The notes beneath the pieces were generated by a model that did not search any database, was not told where the DNA came from, and saw only the letters and a program-made list of their open reading frames with translations. A stretch of DNA of 64,000 nt from assembly GCA_964016885.1 (NCBI GenBank), contig OZ024741.1, positions 400,024,001 to 400,088,000 of the forward strand, written 5' to 3'. Shown here one piece after another: positions 25,157 to 34,710 of this stretch. The position numbers and the translations under genes are program-made. This stretch comes from Eledone cirrhosa. Its lineage: Eukaryota. Every line of letters starts with the position of its first letter. Position 1 is the first letter of the stretch.

Positions 25157-25531
25157 GGCATTAGACCGATAGAAAACCAACTATGTATGTATATATATTA
25201 ATATATATATATATACAAGAACTTTTTACATATTTTACAGGATGGACTTGGCTATAACTTTTACTGTTTGGTTCATTTCCTGCAATAGAAAAAGATATTT
25301 ATATTAATAATTAATATATTTCATTGACAATATTTAAAACTATAAACAAATACATACAATATATAAAGACAGCAAATGTTTGTTTTTTAATTAGTAAAAA
25401 TGGAAGGCAATACTCACAGTCGGACATATCAGACATTGCTAATGGATAGCATATGGTATATATTTTAACACACACACACACATACATATATATATACACA
25501 CACACATATATATATACACAAATATATATAT

Positions 25532-26131
25532 ATCATTATCATCATCATTTTACGTCCGCTTTTCCCCGCTTGCAAGAGTGGGACGGGTCCTATTCAGCAC
25601 AGCATCTCTCCACTTGTCACGGTCCTTCGACATCTCCATGAGCTTCAGCGATCTGAGGTCTGCTCTCACCACCTACGCCCATGTTTTTTGAGGTCTTCCT
25701 CTACTGCATCTTCCTTCTACTTGTATTTCTTGGCACTTCTTTACCCAGCAGTCATCCTCCATGCACATCACATGCCCATACCATCTGTCTTCTCTCCTGC
25801 ACACCACAACTTATCCCTCTTAAACACAGTTTTTCTCTCAACACATCTATGCTCAGTCATTCATGCACATTGACATTGCACATCCAACAGAGCATAATTG
25901 CTTCATTTCTCTCCAGCTTTCGCATATCCTCGGCAGTTGCTGCCTATGTCTCACTAACATGCAGCATCGCGCATCTCACACAGGCATCATATAACCGGCC
26001 TTTCGTACGCAGGGAGAAACCCTTCTTTGTCAACAGAGAAAGTAGCTGCCTAAACTTCTTCCAACCAGTCATTCTAGATACTATGGCCTCAGAACCCCCC
26101 CCCCCCCTCCCCATGCTAATCTGATCACCTA
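25532..26131 (-). mobile_element. RTE 3' fragment, lineage J (ORF runs into the tail, almost no 3' UTR)
   Basis: WKKFRQLL, GRLYDAC, AVLNRTRPTLASGEKADVK* then (GAT)n. Confidence 0.8.
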
Positions 26132-26237
26132 TATATATATAATATAATATATATATAATATATAATATATATATAATATATATATAATATATATATAATA
26201 TATATATAATATATATATAATATATATATAATATATA

Positions 26238-28997
26238 GTCCTGAATAAGACAATTACCACAATAATATCAGCTTATGCACCCCAATCGGGGCTGCCAGAC
26301 GAACTTAAGGATAGGTTTTACGAGTCCCTAATACACACTACTGCTCTAACAGACGACAAGGACTTCCTAATCATTGCAGGAGATTTTAACGGACACGTAG
26401 GTAAACACTGCGACGGCTTCAATAGAGTACATGGAGGCCATGGAGTTGGCACAAGGAATGAGGAAGGATTCAGACTTCTAGAATTCTGCTACGCCAATGA
26501 CATGTCGATATGTAACACAAACTTTAAAAAACCCGACAACCACCTGATCACCTATAGATCAGGGGAGCACTCTAGTCAGTTAGATTTTATCCTCATCAGA
26601 GGACGTGACAGATGGACGGTCGTAAACACAAAAGCCTTCCCTAGTGAGGAATGTACATCCCAACATAGCTTAGTTGTCAGCGACCTCACGGTCAGAACTA
26701 GACGAGCCCTGAAACAGAGGCCAACCTGGAGAAGAAAGATCTGGAAGCTGAAAGTCCCCTCAACCAGTAACAGATTTAAAGATATTTTACTCAACGCCTA
26801 CGACAGTAAAGAAGAACAGATAGAGACATTTAACGTAGAAGAGAACTGGGAGTTCCTAAAAAGTAACTTACTAGAGGCGACGGATGAGGTTTGTGGCTGG
26901 AGTAAGACCTCAAGCAGTAGGAGAGTGACTTGGTGGTGGAACAATAAGGTAGATGAAGCAGTCAAGGCCAAGAGACAGGCATGGAAAGAATGGAAGAACG
27001 GGGGGAGCAGGGTACATTACATAGAGACCAAGAGGGAAGCTAGGCGACAAGTATACTTAGCTAGGAGGGAAGCAGAGGATAGAAAATTCAAGCATGTTTT
27101 ACAACGTGAGGACCAGAAACAGGAGGTATTCAAGATTGCGAGGCAGTGTGTCAGAGATAGTTGTGATGTCATTGGAGAGAAGTGTATCCGGAATGATAAA
27201 GGTGAGCTTGCCCTCACAAGTGCTGAGAAGAAAGATGCATGGAAGAGTCATTATGATAGATTACTAAATGAGGAGAATGCATGGGAAGAAGAGACCCTAC
27301 CCCACGTAGACCCTATAGAGGGACCAGCAGTACAAGTCAGCGGCAGCGTAGTAAGTAAGGCAATCAGAGATATGAAGATAGGGAAGGCAACCGGTCCATC
27401 GGGTATAGCTGCCGAGATGCTGAAGGCATCTGGGTCTGTAGGTCACACTATAACCACACGTATCGTTAACCAGGTAATACTAGAGGGGGCCATACCAAAA
27501 GATTGGTGCAGTAGCATCATTGTCAACTGCTACAAAGGTAAAGGCGATGCACTAGATAGAGGAAACTATAGAGGTATAAAGTTGATGGACCAGGTCATGA
27601 AAGTAACAGAAAGAGTTATAGCACAGCTGATTAGGGACCGGGTGAATATAGACGAGATGCAATTTGGGTTTGTACCAGGGAAAGGCACCACTGATGCGCT
27701 CTTCCTTGTGAGGCAATTACAGGAAAAGTACCTAGCTAAAAGTAAGCCACTCTACTTGGCATTTGTCGACCTTGAGAAAGCCTTTGACAGAGTTCCACGT
27801 GCAGTAATCTGGTGGGCTCTTAGAAAACTAGGAGTAGATGAATGGCTTGTGAAAGCGGTACAAGCCATGTATAGGGGAGCAGTCAGCAAAGTTAGGATTG
27901 GCAATGAGTATAGCGAGGAATTTAGCGTACAGGTTGGGGTCCACCAGGGCTCTGTTCTTAGCCCTCTCCTGTTCATCATAGTCCTGCAGGCAATAACGGA
28001 GGAGTTTAAGACCGGATGCCCATGGGAACTCCTGTATGCTGATGACCTCGCACTCATAGCTGAATCTATGGTAGAACTAGAGAATAAATTCCAAACCTGG
28101 AAGCAGGGACTAGAGAGAAAGGGCCTCAAAGTCAACATGACAAAGACTAAGGTCCTTATAAGTAGACGAGAAAACAGAACCCAGATCCCCTCAGGGAAAT
28201 GGCCTTGCTCAGTATGTAGGAAAGGTGTAGGTAGGAACTCCATTCTTTGCCCCAAATGCAAACAATGGGTACACAAGAGATGTAGCGGGATCTCAGGAAG
28301 CTTAATTAAGAATGTAGGATTCACATGCAGCAGCTGTGCTGAAACAGCAAGCAAACAGCCACAGGAAACAAGTACCACCAATCTCTGGGAGGGCCCTGTA
28401 GAAACAGTAGACAGCTTCTGCTACCTAGGTGACCGAATTAGCAACGGAGGTGGGTGCTCAGAAAGTACAATAACTAGGGTAAGAACGGGATGGAAGAAGT
28501 TTAGGGAACTACTACCACTGCTAGCTGCAAAAGGCTTCTCCCTCAGAATGAAAGGCAGACTGTATGATGCGTGTATCCGAACAGCGATGTTGCATGGTAG
28601 TGAGACCTGGGCGCTGAAGGTGGAAGACTTACGTAGATTAGAGAGAAACGAAGCCTGCATGCTCCGATGGATGTGTAACAGTAATATACGTGAACGACAA
28701 AGCATAAATGAATTGAGAGAGAGACTGAGCATAAGAGGAATCAAATGCTGCGTGCAGGAGAGGCGGTTACGCTGGTATGGACATGTGATGCGTATGAAGG
28801 ATGACAGCTGCATAAAAAGGTGCAGAGCACTAGAAGTTGATGGAAACCGCGGAGTGGGGAGACCCAAGATGACTTGGGATGAGGTGATAAAAGCCGACCT
28901 TACCCAACTACACCTCTCAAAGTCAATGACACACGACCGTGACTTCTGGCGTCACGCAGTAATACAGGGTACCCGACCTCCCATGGGTACATGCTGA
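26238..28997 (+). CDS. RTE A ORF (partial APE, RT, PHD finger); open frame but no native start
   Basis: ISAYAP, AGDFNGH, FVDLEKAFD, GVHQGSVLSP, LYADD, C4HC3 at 28200-28337. Confidence 0.85.
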   Translation, partial: VLNKTITTIISAYAPQSGLPDELKDRFYESLIHTTALTDDKDFLIIAGDFNGHVGKHCDGFNRVHGGHGVGTRNEEGFRLLEFCYANDMSICNTNFKKPDNHLITYRSGEHSSQLDFILIRGRDRWTVVNTKAFPSEECTSQHSLVVSDLTVRTRRALKQRPTWRRKIWKLKVPSTSNRFKDILLNAYDSKEEQIETFNVEENWEFLKSNLLEATDEVCGWSKTSSSRRVTWWWNNKVDEAVKAKRQAWKEWKNGGSRVHYIETKREARRQVYLARREAEDRKFKHVLQREDQKQEVFKIARQCVRDSCDVIGEKCIRNDKGELALTSAEKKDAWKSHYDRLLNEENAWEEETLPHVDPIEGPAVQVSGSVVSKAIRDMKIGKATGPSGIAAEMLKASGSVGHTITTRIVNQVILEGAIPKDWCSSIIVNCYKGKGDALDRGNYRGIKLMDQVMKVTERVIAQLIRDRVNIDEMQFGFVPGKGTTDALFLVRQLQEKYLAKSKPLYLAFVDLEKAFDRVPRAVIWWALRKLGVDEWLVKAVQAMYRGAVSKVRIGNEYSEEFSVQVGVHQGSVLSPLLFIIVLQAITEEFKTGCPWELLYADDLALIAESMVELENKFQTWKQGLERKGLKVNMTKTKVLISRRENRTQIPSGKWPCSVCRKGVGRNSILCPKCKQWVHKRCSGISGSLIKNVGFTCSSCAETASKQPQETSTTNLWEGPVETVDSFCYLGDRISNGGGCSESTITRVRTGWKKFRELLPLLAAKGFSLRMKGRLYDACIRTAMLHGSETWALKVEDLRRLERNEACMLRWMCNSNIRERQSINELRERLSIRGIKCCVQERRLRWYGHVMRMKDDSCIKRCRALEVDGNRGVGRPKMTWDEVIKADLTQLHLSKSMTHDRDFWRHAVIQGTRPPMGTC

Positions 28998-29300
28998 AGC
29001 ATATAAACAATATGCCCCCCCCCCACCCCACCGCAAGGTGGTCGTGGAGGTGCCACGGCAAAAAAGCACCCAGCCCACACTGTAAAGTGGACGTGTAGGC
29101 GCCACGAAAAAGCACCCAGCACTCACTGTAAATGAGGTTGGTGTTAGGAAGGGCATCCAGCTGTAGAAATCAAGCCAGATCAGTTCCTGTATGAGCAAGG
29201 CATGGTCAGCCGACCAGACACTGCCCACAACAGGACAACCCGTCTAACCCATGCTAGCGTGGAAGAACGGACGTAAAACGGTGATGATGATGATGATGAT
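26238..29300 (+). mobile_element. RTE LINE copy A, 5'-truncated
   Basis: Starts within the APE domain at a (TA/TAA)n array; about 300-bp 3' UTR; (GAT)n tail. Confidence 0.95.
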
Positions 29301-29923
29301 AATATATATATATATATATAATATATATATATATATATAATATATATATAATATATATAATATATATATAATATATATAATATATATATAATATATATAA
29401 TATATATATAATATATATATATATAATATATATATATATAATATATATATAATATATATATATATAATATATATATATAATATATATATATATAATATAT
29501 ATATAATATATATATATAATATATATAATATATATATAATATATATATCATCATCATCAACGTCCGTGTTCCACGCTTGCATGGGTTTGGACGGGGGTAG
29601 TCCCACTTGAGGCAAGAGTGATTGTCTTGCTCGCATAGGACTGTCTGGCAGGTTTTCTACAGTTGGATGCCCTTCCTAACACCAACCACATTTACAGTGT
29701 GGGTCTGGGAGGATTTTACCGTGTTGCCTACACGGCCACATTACAGCGTGGACTGTGTGTTTTTTTGTCGTGACACCTACACGATCTCATTTGTTTCGGC
29801 CTGGATGGCGCGGCACCAACATAACTTTACATAGAACGGGGTGGTGTGGATGGGGTGGGGGTGGTGGGACGGGGTGTATTTTGTTAGAGATGCCTACTGG
29901 CTGGAGTAGGTTTTACTATATAT

Positions 29924-32900
29924 TTAGGTAAGGCGGGTCTTCTCTGTTACTGAGTACCGCCAAAGGTCTCGGTCCAGTGACATTGTCTTGGAGAGGTGTA
30001 AGTGTGTGAGGTCGGAGTTTATCAGCTCGTCCCAGGTTTTTCTAGGTCTGCCTATTCCGTGGCTACCGTCTATCTTTATTGCCCTGCACTTTGTTATACA
30101 GCTATCGACTTTCATGCGCATCACGTGTCCATACCAACGTAGCCTTCTCTCGAGTAAATAACATCTGATCCCTCTTATCTCTAATTTTTTCCTTAGTTCG
30201 TTTATGCTTTGCCGTTCACGTATATTACTGTTACACATCCAGCGGAGCATGCAAGCTTCGTTCCTCTCTAGTCTGCGTATATCCTCTGCACACAATGCCC
30301 AGGTCTCACTGCCATGCAACATTGCTGTTCGTATGCAGGCATCATACAGCCTGCCTTTCATTTTTAGGGAGAACCCTTTAGCAGCTAATAGTGGTATAAG
30401 CTCTCTGAACTTTTTCCAACCAGTTCTGACTCTAGCTACTGTACTTTCAGAGCACCCTCCCCCACTGCTGATTTTATCGCCTAGGTAACGGAAGCTGTCC
30501 ACTATTTCTATAGAACCCTCTGCGCAATTGAAAGAGCTAGTATTTTGTGGGCACTTGCTGCTACTTATTGCACCAGAACACCGGCCACATGTAAAATCTA
30601 TGTTCTTAGTTAGCTTACCTGTGATCCCAATACATCTTTTATGCACCCATACTTTGCATTTAGGACATAAAATGGAGTTTCTACCTACGCCTTTCCTACA
30701 CACCGAGCACGACCATTTCCCAGAAGGGACCGCCGCCTTGTTTTCTTTCCTACAAACTAGAACTTTGGTCTTAGCCAGGTTAATTTTAAGTCCTTTTGAC
30801 TCTAGGCCGTGCTTCCATGTTTGGAATTTCTTCTCTAGCTCGGCCATTGATTCCGCTATGAGTGTCAGGTCGTCTGCGTATAGGAGTTCCCATGGGCAGC
30901 CGGTTTTGAACTCCTCTGTTATAGCCTGAAGGGCAATAATAAATAGTAGGGGGCTGAGAACAGAGCCCTGATGGACGCCAACTTTTACGCTAAACTCTTC
31001 ACTATATTCGTTGTTAATTCTAACCTTGCTGACTGTTTCTTTATACATGGCTTGTATAGCCCTCACAAGCCATTCGTCAACACCTAGTTTTCTAAGAGCC
31101 CACCAGATAATGGAGCGGGGGACTCTGTCGAAGGCTTTCTCCAAGTCGACAAAAGCTAAGTAGAGGGGTTTACCTTTAGCTAGGTACTTCTCCTGTAATT
31201 GTCGTACTATGAAAAGAGCGTCTGTGGTACTTTTGCCTGACACAAACCCGAACTGCATTTCATCTAGGTCAATTCTCTCTCTGATTAGTTGCGCTATTAC
31301 TTTTTCCGTGACCTTCATGACCTGGTCGATTAATTTAATGCCTCTATAGTTATTCCTATCTAGGGCGTCTCCTTTACCCTTATAACAGTTAACGATGATG
31401 CTGCTATGCCAGTCCTTCGGAACAACCCCATTCTGTACGACTTGGTTAACTATGCGGGTGACCATGGTGTGTCCCACCGTGCCAGATGCCTTCAGCATCT
31501 CAGCAACTATTTCCGAAGGCCCGGCCGCCTTACCCGTCTTCATATCCTTGATTGCCTTACTTATTATACTCCCCTCGACTAACACTGCTGGTCCCTCTAT
31601 TGGGTCGATATGGGGGAGACTGTCTTTCTCCCATTTATTCTCCTCATTTAGTAGCCTTTCATAGTGACACTTCCAAGCTACCTTCTTATCAGCGTCGGTG
31701 ATGGCAAGTGTGCCATCATCGTTTAGTACACACTTCTCCCCGACAATATCACGGTTTTCCTTGACGCATTGCCTAGCAATCCTGAACACCTCACGTTTTT
31801 GGTCCTCGCGTTGTAGAACATGCTTGAACTTTCTTTCCTCTGCTTCCCTTCTTGCTAAGTACACTTGTCTCCTAGCTTCCCTCCTGGCCACTTGATAGTC
31901 TTCTCTACTTCCCCCATCCCGCCATACTTTCCAAGCCTGCTTTTTGGCCTTAATTGACCCCTCCACTTTACTGTTCCACCACCATGTTACTCTCCTCCTG
32001 CCTACAGGCCTGCTCCAGCCACAGACTTCGTCTGTCGCCATCAGCAGGTTTGCTTTCAGAAATTCCCACTGTTCCTCTATATTGTCCGACTGTAAATGTT
32101 CTTCCTTACTGTCGAAAGCATAAAGTAATATGCTTTGAAATTTATTTCTGGCTGTGGGGTCCTTTAGCTTCCATATTTTTCTCCTGAGGATAGTCCTCTT
32201 CTGCTGTCGAGTACGTCTCGTCCTGACTATGAGGTCGCTAATTATCAGTCTATGTTGGGAGGTGCATTCTTCATGGGGGAGGGATTTAGTGTTTACGACA
32301 GACACTCTGTCACGTATTCTGGTAATGATATAATCTACCTGGCTTGTGTGTTCCCCGGATCTATAGGTGATCAGGTGATTGTCACGTTTTTTGAAGTTAG
32401 TGTTACAGATAGTTAGGTTATTTGCATCACAGAATTCCAGGATTCTGGAGCCTTCCTCATTTCTAGTACCAAACCCATAGCCTCCATGGATTTCGTCGTA
32501 GCCGTCACAATGTTGTCCAACGTGACCATTTAGGTCGCCTGCAATAATTATATAGTCACTGTTGGATATTTGGGAGGTAGTTAGCATCAGTGTCTCATAG
32601 AATCTGTCTTTTATAGTGCCGGGCAGTCCAGATTGGGGTGCGTACGCAGATATTACTGTCACCGTAGTTCTATTGAGGACAAGTCTTATTTTAATTATTC
32701 TGTCGTTCACTCTATTTACGTCTATTATCTTATCTGCCCACTTTTCTGCTACCATGATTCCTACTCCACCCAGCCCATCGTCGTTTCCCACCCAGAAAAG
32801 CTTATAACATCGTTTTTTACCCTCAATGAATCTAGCAGACCCACCCCTCCACCTGGTCTCTTGAATACAACAAACATCGACCTCCTTACGTTCAAGCATT

Positions 32901-33169
32901 TCTACAACCTCGTTAGCGCGACCCTTTAGGGTGCCTACATTTATGGTACCAACTCTGAAGTTTTGGATTGCGTTTGGAGGGTGGGGGCGGTGGGGGGCAG
33001 GGGGAGATGGGGTTATGTTAGCCATCCGCGGACGAAACAAAGAGGAGTGCTCGCATTCTCGTCCACGAGGTGAATTTGACTTTAACTTTGGCATTTTCGC
33101 TCTGAGCGTCCAGATTTTTCTCTCCCTTCCACTCTCCAGGATTCCGCATTCCATCCATCCATCCATCAT
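29924..33169 (-). CDS. RTE B ORF: APE endonuclease, RT and PHD finger (start at ATG 33169 or 33094)
   Basis: GTINVGTL, IQETRW, GVGI, AYAP, GDLNGH, DYI, SQHR; YADD; no stops. Confidence 0.93.
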   Translation of the reverse strand: MMDGWMECGILESGRERKIWTLRAKMPKLKSNSPRGRECEHSSLFRPRMANITPSPPAPHRPHPPNAIQNFRVGTINVGTLKGRANEVVEMLERKEVDVCCIQETRWRGGSARFIEGKKRCYKLFWVGNDDGLGGVGIMVAEKWADKIIDVNRVNDRIIKIRLVLNRTTVTVISAYAPQSGLPGTIKDRFYETLMLTTSQISNSDYIIIAGDLNGHVGQHCDGYDEIHGGYGFGTRNEEGSRILEFCDANNLTICNTNFKKRDNHLITYRSGEHTSQVDYIITRIRDRVSVVNTKSLPHEECTSQHRLIISDLIVRTRRTRQQKRTILRRKIWKLKDPTARNKFQSILLYAFDSKEEHLQSDNIEEQWEFLKANLLMATDEVCGWSRPVGRRRVTWWWNSKVEGSIKAKKQAWKVWRDGGSREDYQVARREARRQVYLARREAEERKFKHVLQREDQKREVFRIARQCVKENRDIVGEKCVLNDDGTLAITDADKKVAWKCHYERLLNEENKWEKDSLPHIDPIEGPAVLVEGSIISKAIKDMKTGKAAGPSEIVAEMLKASGTVGHTMVTRIVNQVVQNGVVPKDWHSSIIVNCYKGKGDALDRNNYRGIKLIDQVMKVTEKVIAQLIRERIDLDEMQFGFVSGKSTTDALFIVRQLQEKYLAKGKPLYLAFVDLEKAFDRVPRSIIWWALRKLGVDEWLVRAIQAMYKETVSKVRINNEYSEEFSVKVGVHQGSVLSPLLFIIALQAITEEFKTGCPWELLYADDLTLIAESMAELEKKFQTWKHGLESKGLKINLAKTKVLVCRKENKAAVPSGKWSCSVCRKGVGRNSILCPKCKVWVHKRCIGITGKLTKNIDFTCGRCSGAISSSKCPQNTSSFNCAEGSIEIVDSFRYLGDKISSGGGCSESTVARVRTGWKKFRELIPLLAAKGFSLKMKGRLYDACIRTAMLHGSETWALCAEDIRRLERNEACMLRWMCNSNIRERQSINELRKKLEIRGIRCYLLERRLRWYGHVMRMKVDSCITKCRAIKIDGSHGIGRPRKTWDELINSDLTHLHLSKTMSLDRDLWRYSVTEKTRLT

Positions 33170-33199
33170 ATATCGAAGGCAACCAGGCAAGCGATAGTA

Positions 33200-33330
33200 T
33201 AGGCCTCTGGCTTATGATTGGTCCGCGTAATAATAATAATGGTGATGCAGGGGGGGGGGGGGGGGGCTCTGGCTTACGATTGGTCCACGTATTAAGAATG
33301 GTGGTGTGTGGGGGCGGGTGGGAGGGGTGT
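33200..33330 (-). promoter_or_regulatory. Putative internal promoter of RTE: GC box plus duplicated CCAAT module
   Basis: CCCGCCCCC and GGACCAATC conserved at the equivalent position in copies H (about 54965-55005) and I (about 61525-61565). Confidence 0.5.
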
Positions 33331-33331
33331 G

Positions 33332-34121
33332 GGGTAGCTAGCTGGAAGGTTATGATTGTTTAACAAGCGATTAACAAAAAGCAAAAATGCAAGATTTGTT
33401 CTGTTCAATACGACAAAAACAACCGTATTTAAACATAAATAACAAAAAAATACAGATTTCGGATTTTGCGAGATTGGATGTTTGGACTAGGTACGAAATT
33501 GAAGCGTGGAGTAGATAGATAAATGTGTACGTTACGATTACATGGGTACACCGTAGTAGGAACCAGCACTGAATTGAGGCAGCAATGAATTGGCGAAAAG
33601 TGATTAAACATGAAGAGGAATTTATCTTATATATATATATATATATATGTAGCTAAGAGAGAGAGAGAGTGGCTGACTGCAGTCCCTCGTGAAGTAGATG
33701 GAGGGTGAAGGGTGCCTGGCTGTAGAAGCGGGATTTTTGACTTTCGAAGTAGCATAATATATATTTAAAGGAATTTATAAGAAGTAGAATGGGAAGGATT
33801 TTGTTTTGTTTTGAGAATACGATAGAATTAAGGAATTGGAGAATACGATGGAATTGAGGAATTGGGTAGCTAGCTGGAAGGTTATGATTGTTTAACAAGC
33901 GATTAACAAAAAGCAAAAATGCAAGATTTGTTCTGTTCAATACGACAAAAACAACCGTATTTAACATAAATAACAAAAAAATACAGATTTCGGATTTTGC
34001 GAGATTGGATGTTTGGACTAGGTACGAAATTGAAGCGTGGAGTAGATAGATAAATGTGTACGTTACGATTACATGGGTACACCGTAGTAGGAACCAGCAC
34101 TGAATTGAAGCAGCAATGAAT
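33332..34121. repeat. Near-identical ~258-bp direct repeat (33332-33590 and 33864-34121)
   Basis: Seen directly. Confidence 0.92.
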
Positions 34122-34157
34122 AATATATATATATATATAATATATATATATATATAA

Positions 34158-34330
34158 TTGTTTCTACTTTTTGGCACAAGGCCAGCAATTACCCAGTGCA
34201 TTACTGGTACTTTATTTTATCGACCCCGTAAGGATGAAAGGCAAAGTCAACCTCGGCGGGATTTGAACTCAGATCGTAAAGGGACGTAACTATGCTGGAA
34301 AGCATGGCGTCCGACCCTCTACCGATACTG
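34158..34330 (-). mobile_element. Nin-like tRNA SINE
   Basis: Same family as 4514-4690. Confidence 0.78.
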
Positions 34331-34347
34331 ATATATAATATATATAT

Positions 34348-34410
<63 letters not shown>

Positions 34411-34449
34411 ATATATAATATATATATATATATAATATATATATAATAT

Positions 34450-34502
<53 letters not shown>

Positions 34503-34641
34503 ATATATATATATATATAATATATAATATATATATATATAATATATATATATATATAATATATAATATATATATATATAATATATAATATATATATATA
34601 TAATATATATATATATATAATATATAATATATAATATATAT

Positions 34642-34672
<31 letters not shown>

Positions 34673-34710
34673 ATATATATATATATATAATATATATATA
34701 ATATATATAT

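Larger units (their letters stand above)
29547..33627 (-). mobile_element. RTE LINE copy B, apparently full-length and intact
   Basis: 5' leader, uninterrupted ORF, 3' UTR, (GAT)n tail; (TA)n on both sides. Confidence 0.95.

Noticed and set aside
24846-25172. 108-aa plus-strand ORF
   Set aside because: Antisense shadow of the host exon, with a non-ATG start
27752-28867. Recurrent antisense ORFs in RTE copies (also 30204-31895, 36396-37337, 51970-53430)
   Set aside because: Shadows of the sense ORF; lengths and boundaries vary between copies and there are no domain motifs
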